Assembly: GCA_038833255.1 (NCBI GenBank)
Contig: JAWBIX010000024.1
Coordinates: forward strand, 1-6,319
From: Nanopusillaceae archaeon
GTDB lineage: Archaea; Nanobdellota; Nanobdellia; Nanobdellales; Nanobdellaceae
Reading direction: 5' to 3'
Length of the DNA: 6,319 bases
Below, piece by piece: positions 1 to 5,289 of this stretch. Under the pieces are notes generated by a model. The model did no database searches and was not told the DNA's origin. It saw only the letters and a list, made by a program, of their open reading frames with translations. The stretch's first letter is position 1. The number at the start of each line of letters is the position of its first letter. The translations under genes were made by a program, and so were the position numbers.

Positions 1-42
1 AATTCTTTGATTTTTCTAATTTATTTTTGCTAAAAAATATTT

Positions 43-60
43 AGGAAAGAATCTTTATAA
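43..60 (+). promoter_or_regulatory. Putative archaeal BRE/TATA promoter of the tRNA-Gln gene
   Basis: Purine-rich aggaaagaatc is followed by tttataa (54-60). The TATA centre lies about 29 nt upstream of tRNA nucleotide 1 (86), roughly the spacing expected for a TBP/TFB promoter. Chance matches are common in DNA this AT-rich. Confidence 0.4.
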
Positions 61-85
61 TTCTTTTAATAAAAAATAATACTAT

Positions 86-158
86 AGCCCCGTCGTCTAG
101 CGGCCTAGGATTCGGGGTTCTGGTCCCCGAGACCGGGGTTCAAATCCCCGCGGGGCTA
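86..158 (+). tRNA. tRNA-Gln, anticodon CUG, no intron, no encoded CCA
   Basis: Cloverleaf folded by hand. Acceptor AGCCCCG (86-92) pairs with CGGGGCT (151-157), and the discriminator is A158. U8 is present and the D loop contains GG. Anticodon stem CGGGG (113-117) pairs with CCCCG (125-129) around the 7-nt loop TTCTGGT, giving anticodon CTG at 120-122. The variable region is 4 nt. T stem CGGGG/CCCCG carries the canonical TTCAAAT loop. The A1:U72 first pair is characteristic of archaeal tRNA-Gln. Confidence 0.9.
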
Positions 159-163
159 GTAAA

Positions 164-178
164 TTTTTAAGTTTTTTT
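164..178 (+). terminator. Oligo-T tracts downstream of the tRNA (possible archaeal intrinsic terminator; overlaps the TATA-like element of the next gene)
   Basis: T5 (164-168) and T7 (172-178) begin 6 nt after the tRNA 3' end. Archaeal RNA polymerase terminates at oligo-T runs. T runs are also frequent by chance in this sequence. Confidence 0.4.
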
Positions 179-192
179 AGACAAGATTTTAC

Positions 193-1263
193 ATGAAAAA
201 TAAATTAGTTTTAGTTGTATTTTTACTATTTTTAAGTATTGTCACAATATTTCTAGCATTTTATCAGGATTATCAAAGAATAAAAGAAGAATTAATTATT
301 TTAAATTTTGAGAAGGAAGAATTAATTAAAAATTTAGATAACCTAAAGAAAGAGTATTATATTTTAAATGAAAGTTATAATATTTTAAGTTATGAGAAAG
401 AAAAACTAAATAAGAGCTTAGAAGAATTAAAAAAAGAATATTCTATTCTAAATAAAAGTTATATCTCTTTGTATAAAAACTATTCCGATTTGCTTAATAG
501 TTATCAAGCACTAGAAAGAAAATATGAAGAATTAAGTATTAATTATTCCTTAGTTTTAGATCAATATATGAATTATTTAGAATACAAAAGTAAATTACAA
601 AGTTATGTTTTTTATAATTTAAATTATGATTTTTCTGGCAAACTTTTTATTAGTACTATTGAAAAATATTGTATTTCGGGAAGAACGCTAAATTATCCTT
701 GTTTAATTAGTATATTAAAAGACAAGTTTGAATTTTCATATAGAGAATTAAGAACATTTTATGATAAAGTTGATATAGAGGAGTTTATAAGAAATAAATC
801 AGGTGATTGTAAATCTTGGTCCTTTTTTTCTGTTGCAATAATAAACTATTTTTATAGAATAGGAAAAATAGATAGTATAATTCTTTATCAACCATATCGT
901 GGAGAAAGATTTATACTTTACTATGATGGACCTGTTTACTATTACTATCCAGATGCAAAAGATTTTATGATTGATCTTAGAAAAAGACAATATTTGTATG
1001 TTTTTTGTTATTATAATTTATCAGGATCTTCCGGACATTGTATTTCTGGAGTTTCCGATGTTATTATTAATCCAAAAAATCTTGAAACATCTGAAGTACT
1101 TTTATTTGAACCACAAGATGGAAGATATTTAGGAACTTTAAAAGAATTTTTAGTAAAAAATAGAGAAGTTTTCTTATCTCATATTTTTTTACAAAGCGGA
1201 CATCTCTATTTTAGACCGCTTGATTTACTACAATGGGGAGAAGATGTATGGGTTTGGATATAA
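193..1263 (+). CDS. Membrane-anchored or secreted protein: N-terminal TM or signal anchor, long heptad coiled-coil stalk, C-terminal putative transglutaminase-like (Cys-His-Asp) cysteine peptidase domain
   Basis: 356-aa ORF. The K-rich N-terminus followed by LVLVVFLLFLSIVTIFLAF is a signal anchor. Residues 31-121 are in continuous heptad register. SGDCKSWSFFSVAIINYFYRIG (Cys206, nt 808-810) resembles the G-x-C-x-x-[FW]-[AS] nucleophile motif of transglutaminase-like proteins. It is followed by GHCISG (His282, nt 1036-1038) and FEPQDG (Asp309, nt 1117-1119). The fold assignment rests on motifs only. Confidence 0.8.
   Translation: MKNKLVLVVFLLFLSIVTIFLAFYQDYQRIKEELIILNFEKEELIKNLDNLKKEYYILNESYNILSYEKEKLNKSLEELKKEYSILNKSYISLYKNYSDLLNSYQALERKYEELSINYSLVLDQYMNYLEYKSKLQSYVFYNLNYDFSGKLFISTIEKYCISGRTLNYPCLISILKDKFEFSYRELRTFYDKVDIEEFIRNKSGDCKSWSFFSVAIINYFYRIGKIDSIILYQPYRGERFILYYDGPVYYYYPDAKDFMIDLRKRQYLYVFCYYNLSGSSGHCISGVSDVIINPKNLETSEVLLFEPQDGRYLGTLKEFLVKNREVFLSHIFLQSGHLYFRPLDLLQWGEDVWVWI
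283..555 (+). repeat. In-CDS 21-nt (heptad) periodic region encoding about 13 uninterrupted heptads, with a 28-residue super-repeat
   Basis: The heptads read KEELIIL/NFEKEEL/IKNLDNL/KKEYYIL/NESYNIL/SYEKEKL/NKSLEEL/KKEYSIL/NKSYISL/YKNYSDL/LNSYQAL/ERKYEEL/SINYSLV. Leu occupies position 7 in 12 consecutive heptads and Tyr occupies position 4 in most. KKEYYILNESY (52-62) recurs as KKEYSILNKSY (80-90). Confidence 0.7.
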
Positions 1264-1288
1264 GAATAAAAAAATATTATAAAAATTT

Positions 1289-2167
1289 ATGACACTTTTT
1301 AATATCTCCTCCGTTGCAATTATTGGTGCTTCTCCAAAAGAAGGAAAAGTTGGAAATATTATTTTGAAAAATTTTTTAGAAGATTTTAAGGGAAAAGTAT
1401 ATCCTGTAAATCCAAATTATAATGAAATTTATGGTTTAAAGTGTTATCCATCAATATTAGATATAGAAGATATGGTTGATTTGGTAGTAGTTGCAATTCC
1501 TGCTGAAAAAGTGCCAAAAGTTATAGAAGAATCTGGAAAGAAAAAAGTAAAGTTAGCAATAATTATTTCTGCAGGATTTTCAGAGATAGGTGAAGAAGGT
1601 AAAAAATTAGAAGAAGAGATATTGAAATATTCTAATATATATGGAATTAGAATAATTGGACCAAATTGTATGGGAATTTATGATCCATATAATGGTGTAG
1701 ATACATTTTTTGTTGATAGAATTAGATTAAAAAGACCGGGAAAAGGAAAAATTGCGTTATTGTCGCAATCTGGGGCTATAGCTTTGGCATTTTTAGAATA
1801 TGCAAGCTCAAAAAATATAGGAGTTTCAAAAATAATATCTTATGGTAATAAAATAGATATAGATGAAGTAGATATTCTAAAGGAATTGAAAGATGATGAA
1901 AACACAAAGTATATTTTTATTTATATGGAAGGATTAAGAAAAAATAGAGGAAAAGATTTTATAGAAATTATAAAAAGTTATGAAAAACCAATAGTAATTT
2001 TAAAGGCAGGAAAAACAAATAGAGGAAATATAGCTGCAATTTCACATACAGCATCAATGGTAGGAAATTATGATGTATATAGAAATGTTTTTGAAAGATT
2101 TAATATCATAGAGGCTAAAGATTTTCATGAATTTATGATATTTTTAAAGACTGCAAGTTATTTGTAA
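1289..2167 (+). CDS. acdA: ADP-forming (NDP-forming) acyl-CoA synthetase alpha subunit, N-terminal part (CoA-binding and CoA-ligase domains with the phosphohistidine loop); ends at an in-frame TAA
   Basis: Family hallmarks in colinear order: SVAIIGASPKEGKVG (CoA-binding Rossmann), VYPVNP, DLVVVAIPA, IISAGFSEIGEEG, IGPNCMGI, LLSQSGA, KPIVILKAGKT, AISHTASMVGN (His253, equivalent to the catalytic phosphohistidine). Substrate specificity cannot be read from the sequence. Confidence 0.85.
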   Translation: MTLFNISSVAIIGASPKEGKVGNIILKNFLEDFKGKVYPVNPNYNEIYGLKCYPSILDIEDMVDLVVVAIPAEKVPKVIEESGKKKVKLAIIISAGFSEIGEEGKKLEEEILKYSNIYGIRIIGPNCMGIYDPYNGVDTFFVDRIRLKRPGKGKIALLSQSGAIALAFLEYASSKNIGVSKIISYGNKIDIDEVDILKELKDDENTKYIFIYMEGLRKNRGKDFIEIIKSYEKPIVILKAGKTNRGNIAAISHTASMVGNYDVYRNVFERFNIIEAKDFHEFMIFLKTASYL

Positions 2168-2170
2168 AAT

Positions 2171-2638
2171 ATGGTTATATATATTTATACTAACGGTGGT
2201 GGAATGGGTGTTTTAACTGCAGATTATTTAGAATCTCTTAATATTAGTTTAGAAGAAACCCCAGAAGATATTAAAATAAAATTAAAAGAAAAGCTACCAA
2301 ATCTAGCATCTTTAAGAAATCCTATAGATATTACTGCTAATGCTACGGAAGATCAGTATATAGATGGTTTAAAAATACTTTTAGAAGATCCAAGAACAGA
2401 GGCAATCTTAGCGATATTGTTACCACAATTACCTCATTATACAGAAAAAATTGTTGAAAAAATAATACAAATAAGTAAAAATAAAAATACTCCAATATTT
2501 TTTGTAATTTACGGCGGAGATTATTCTTTGAAAATAAAGGAAAAATTAGAAAAATATTTTTTAGTTTTTGATACACCTGAAGAAGCTTCGAAAGCTCTGT
2601 TGTTTTATTTAAAAATAAAAAATAAATATTCTTACTAG
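2171..2638 (+). CDS. acdA: ADP-forming acyl-CoA synthetase alpha subunit, C-terminal part (domain 5 equivalent); same frame as 1289-2167
   Basis: It starts MVIYIYTNGGGMGVLTADYLE...LRNPIDITANATEDQY...LLEDPRTEAILAILL. This matches the TNAGGPGVLxxD / NPVDxxA / LLxDPxVD blocks that follow the linker in one-piece alpha subunits of about 460 aa. 1289 and 2171 are both 2 mod 3. Whether this part is translated separately is unknown. Confidence 0.75.
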   Translation: MVIYIYTNGGGMGVLTADYLESLNISLEETPEDIKIKLKEKLPNLASLRNPIDITANATEDQYIDGLKILLEDPRTEAILAILLPQLPHYTEKIVEKIIQISKNKNTPIFFVIYGGDYSLKIKEKLEKYFLVFDTPEEASKALLFYLKIKNKYSY

Positions 2639-2676
2639 ATAGTAAATATTATAAGGTTTATAAATAAAAAGCTTAT

Positions 2677-3288
2677 ATGGGATTAGACTTAGAAAGTGAT
2701 TTAAATTATATAGTTTTATTTGATAAGGGAAATCTAGATATAGAAATGAAATATTTATCATTTCAAAGTTTAGACGAAATACTAGAAAGTTTTACTAATT
2801 TTTTTATTAATTTAGAATATCTACCTACTGTTGGAAGAATTTATACAGATATTTTACTTCCTTTTAAGATAAAATACGAAAATAACAAATTAGAAGAAGA
2901 TTTATTTTTTGTTAAAAAAGGATATTTATTATTTAAAAAAGTTGGAGATCCGTTAGATAATGTTGTTATTCGTGTAAAAACTTTTTATAACATTCCAATA
3001 TTTTTGGAAAAAATAAAAGAAGAATCATATGTTTTACAAATCTTACTGGATGAAAATATAATACTTGATTATATTCTTGAAGGAAGAAAAGAAGTTTTCG
3101 ATATTCTAAAAGTTCCTGTAACTACAGTATCTGTGGACTACTTTTCAAAATCAGATTTAAAACCAATAGAAATGAAAAATATCTATCTTTATCCAATAAT
3201 AATTGAAGTTAGAAATCAAAAAGATTTCCTTAATATACTATCTAGAACAATTAGTGAAATTTATCGTCCAACTCTTTACATAATTTAG
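2677..3288 (+). CDS. Hypothetical cytoplasmic protein (orphan, no recognisable motif)
   Basis: 203-aa ORF. An ORF this long is very unlikely to stay open by chance in DNA where stop triplets are common. It has no TM segment and contains no Ala, Cys, His or Trp. The tattataa element is centred about 26 nt upstream of the ATG. Confidence 0.7.
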   Translation: MGLDLESDLNYIVLFDKGNLDIEMKYLSFQSLDEILESFTNFFINLEYLPTVGRIYTDILLPFKIKYENNKLEEDLFFVKKGYLLFKKVGDPLDNVVIRVKTFYNIPIFLEKIKEESYVLQILLDENIILDYILEGRKEVFDILKVPVTTVSVDYFSKSDLKPIEMKNIYLYPIIIEVRNQKDFLNILSRTISEIYRPTLYII

Positions 3289-3704
3289 CTAAGTAATTTT
3301 CTTATTTCTTCAACTTTTTTATATAATTCCTCAATTTTTTCTTTCAGCTCCTGAATATTTATTTTACTTTGAATTCCAAATATATTTAAGTTAAATCCTT
3401 CTTTTGATAATTTTTCATAAGCCTCTAATATTATTTTTCCAGCTTTTGTTTCTCCTTTTAGATGCTTTCTTATAGAAGACTCACTTAATCCCAATTCTTC
3501 AGAAATTTTTGTTAATGACATTCCTGCTTTTTCTCTAGCTAAAGCTGCGGCAGAGATGTATAAAGAATCTATCCATGTTAATCTCTCTTCAGAATTTTTT
3601 AATATTTCTAAATTTTCTTCACTAAATAATGCTATTGCTAATAAAGCAGATTCCAATTTTCTTATTTCTTCTCTTCCAGTTGGTTTTAATGGAACTTCAG
3701 TCAT
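3285..3704 (-). CDS. Helix-turn-helix DNA-binding protein with a C-terminal coiled coil, translationally coupled to the upstream KaiC-like ATPase
   Basis: 139-aa [26 protein letters not shown] (residues 62-84, HTH core about nt 3459-3521) is a classic HTH pattern. The C-terminal [24 protein letters not shown] is helical and coiled-coil-like. Its ATG (3702-3704) overlaps the TGA of the ATPase gene (3701-3703) as ATGA. Confidence 0.75.
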   Translation of the reverse strand: MTEVPLKPTGREEIRKLESALLAIALFSEENLEILKNSEERLTWIDSLYISAAALAREKAGMSLTKISEELGLSESSIRKHLKGETKAGKIILEAYEKLSKEGFNLNIFGIQSKINIQELKEKIEELYKKVEEIRKLLS

Positions 3705-4537
3705 TGTTCGTAGCTATCACTTTTTGTAGCCGTTGTCTGATCTTCAATTGCTTTTTTCATTTTAATTATTTCCTCTTGCTGTATATTTTCTATTTTTACA
3801 TAATTTCCATATATCCTAAGATATTTATCCCAATGTATATATATCCCATTTTCTGAGATATCCATAGGATGCCTTAACATACTATGTCTAGTGTCTCTCA
3901 TCTTCCAAATAATAATAGATCTATACAATTTTCCATCAATTTCATCTAAATCTAGTCTAACTATACCATCTACAGCATGCTCTACTCCAGGACCCCCAAA
4001 GCCTCTTTCTCCTACAGAAACCTGAGATATAAATATTGCTGTACATCCCATTCCAGATATAACTCTCTTTAGTAACATTACAGTTCCTCTTGCAGTTGCA
4101 GGCTTTGTCAAATATAAAGTTGATATAGAATCTATTACTACTCTTTTTGCATCTATTTCCTTAATAGCTTGTTTTAATACATCTGAGAGCTCGAAAACGT
4201 CATCTACTTGTTTTATAATATATTTCTCTCTTTGTATTGCTGTTCCAGAACCTCCAGTAAAAGCATCTATTATTGCAAATTTTCCTTCTTTTTCGAATTG
4301 TGAAATGTCCCATCCAAAATTCTTAAAACTCTTTCTAACAGCTACTGGATGTTCTTCTAATGCAACAAAAATACCATTCTCTCCTCTGATTAGACCATTA
4401 TATAAAAACTGTTTACCTAAAATAGACTTTCCTGTTCCTGGACCACCAGATAATAAAACAATGCTTCTTTCTGGAATTCCACCAAATAAAATTTCATCAA
4501 ATCCAGGAATATAGGTTCTTATTTTTGTTATTGTCAT
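3701..4537 (-). CDS. Single-domain KaiC-like RecA-superfamily ATPase
   Basis: 278-aa ORF. The N-terminal [29 protein letters not shown] matches the KaiC/RadA-type consensus, with Walker A at nt 4424-4447. Also present are FVALEEHP (catalytic Glu pair as in KaiC), Walker [10 protein letters not shown], and [13 protein letters not shown] hydrophilic S/T-rich C-terminal tail follows. Confidence 0.9.
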   Translation of the reverse strand: MTITKIRTYIPGFDEILFGGIPERSIVLLSGGPGTGKSILGKQFLYNGLIRGENGIFVALEEHPVAVRKSFKNFGWDISQFEKEGKFAIIDAFTGGSGTAIQREKYIIKQVDDVFELSDVLKQAIKEIDAKRVVIDSISTLYLTKPATARGTVMLLKRVISGMGCTAIFISQVSVGERGFGGPGVEHAVDGIVRLDLDEIDGKLYRSIIIWKMRDTRHSMLRHPMDISENGIYIHWDKYLRIYGNYVKIENIQQEEIIKMKKAIEDQTTATKSDSYEQ

Positions 4538-4566
4538 ATAATATTACTACTTTTAAAGTTTTTAAG

Positions 4567-4785
4567 TTATTTCTTTATTAAACTATCTGTTATTAGTTTT
4601 AAATATTCTCTAGCTTCTTTTGAATTTTCAAAACATTTTATTATAGAATTTCCATATTTTTTAGATATTATACTAAAATTATTATTACAAAATTTACATT
4701 TAATTGATCTTTTTAATGTTTTTTTACTTCTAATTTCTCTTATAAATATTTTTTTACATATTGGACATTTTATGATACAAAACAT
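4567..4785 (-). CDS. Small zinc-ribbon protein (CPxC...CxxC followed by an alpha-helical tail; possibly DUF1922-like)
   Basis: 72-aa ORF with C7-P-I-C10 and C30-K-F-C33, then a helical tail ENSKEAREYLKLI. Its start lies 1 nt after the stop of the upstream gene (TAAAATG). The DUF1922 resemblance is from memory of that family's pattern and was not searched. Confidence 0.65.
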   Translation of the reverse strand: MFCIIKCPICKKIFIREIRSKKTLKRSIKCKFCNNNFSIISKKYGNSIIKCFENSKEAREYLKLITDSLIKK

Positions 4786-4786
4786 T

Positions 4787-5239
4787 TTAACATGATTTGT
4801 TTAGTTCATCCAATTTATACTGACTTTTTTTAAAGTTTTCTAAAAAATATCTGCAATCTCTTTTTAAAATATATAGATTATTATAATTTTCTTTGTATGT
4901 AAATATAATAACTTCTTTACTACAAATACATCTACAAAGAGGACCAGTTTCAATTTCTTCTACAAAAATACTTCTATTAATTTTGTAGACTTTAAAATCA
5001 GTTCCACAGCAATTTGTAATTAATTTCAAAAATAAAACCGAATTAGACATTTTTACATATTCTTCTAAGTCGTTTTCATCACATTCATAAATAATATATT
5101 TAAAAGATTCTCTTTTTTGATCTTTAGTCAAAGATATTAGGTAAATTGAAAAAGATACTAAGAGAATTATCAAAAAAATTACAAAAAAATTATTATTCAT
5201 CTTTTTTATAATTTTTTTTAATTTTTTTTTATTAACCAT
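4787..5239 (-). CDS. Cys-rich membrane-anchored or exported protein
   Basis: 150-aa ORF. The strongly basic N-terminus (MVNKKKLKKIIKK) is followed by the TM segment FFVIFLIILLVSFSIYLISL. The ectodomain has 8 Cys, including a CC pair (77-78) and C-R-C-I-C (102-106, nt 4922-4936). An alternative start at Met14 is possible. Confidence 0.7.
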   Translation of the reverse strand: MVNKKKLKKIIKKMNNNFFVIFLIILLVSFSIYLISLTKDQKRESFKYIIYECDENDLEEYVKMSNSVLFLKLITNCCGTDFKVYKINRSIFVEEIETGPLCRCICSKEVIIFTYKENYNNLYILKRDCRYFLENFKKSQYKLDELNKSC

Positions 5240-5261
5240 TTTATTAAATATTTTATTTGTT

Positions 5262-5267
5262 TTTAAA
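5262..5267. promoter_or_regulatory. Palindromic TATA-like hexamer TTTAAA, candidate shared bidirectional promoter core for the divergent genes starting at 5239 (-) and 5290 (+)
   Basis: The hexamer centre (5264.5) is exactly 25.5 nt from the first base of both divergent ATGs within a 50-nt intergenic spacer. No Shine-Dalgarno-like sequence lies on either side. The AT-rich context lowers specificity. Confidence 0.35.
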
Positions 5268-5289
5268 TTTTTATAATTTTATATAGTTT

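Noticed and set aside
799-990. 63-aa ORF on the minus strand
   Set aside because: It lies entirely inside the much longer, motif-bearing plus-strand CDS 193-1263. Its I/K/F-rich low-complexity translation is typical of an antisense shadow ORF in AT-rich DNA.
86-1263. The tRNA-Gln as an integration site, with the adjacent surface-protein gene as cargo of an integrated element
   Set aside because: The window contains no integrase or recombinase gene and no second copy of the GC-rich tRNA 3' segment that could serve as an att repeat.
1893-1899. ATGATGA, a C-box-like motif that could mark a C/D box sRNA
   Set aside because: It lies inside the synthetase CDS, where it encodes DDE. No CTGA D box or terminal complementarity lies within the expected distance downstream.
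2165-2167. The in-frame TAA in the synthetase gene as evidence for stop-codon reassignment, selenocysteine or pyrrolysine
   Set aside because: TAA ends several other well-supported ORFs in this window: 1261-1263 and 5885-5887 on the plus strand, and the complements of 3285-3287, 4567-4569, 4787-4789 and 5896-5898. Sec and Pyl use TGA and TAG, not TAA.
2343-2576. 77-aa ORF on the minus strand
   Set aside because: It is antisense to the well-conserved C-terminal part of the acyl-CoA synthetase alpha subunit, has no motifs, and its composition looks like an artefact.
2657-2664. tttataaa as the TATA box of the orphan gene starting at 2677
   Set aside because: Its centre is only about 17 nt from the ATG, too close for a standard archaeal promoter unless translation starts at Met24. 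The tattataa element at 2647-2654 fits the about 26-nt spacing better. Neither can be confirmed from sequence alone.
3629-3856. 75-aa ORF on the plus strand
   Set aside because: It spans the junction of the KaiC-like and HTH genes on the opposite strand. Its F/L/I-rich low-complexity translation marks it as a shadow ORF.
4305-4514. 69-aa ORF on the plus strand
   Set aside because: It is antisense to the Walker A region of the KaiC-like ATPase, whose own reading frame is unambiguous.
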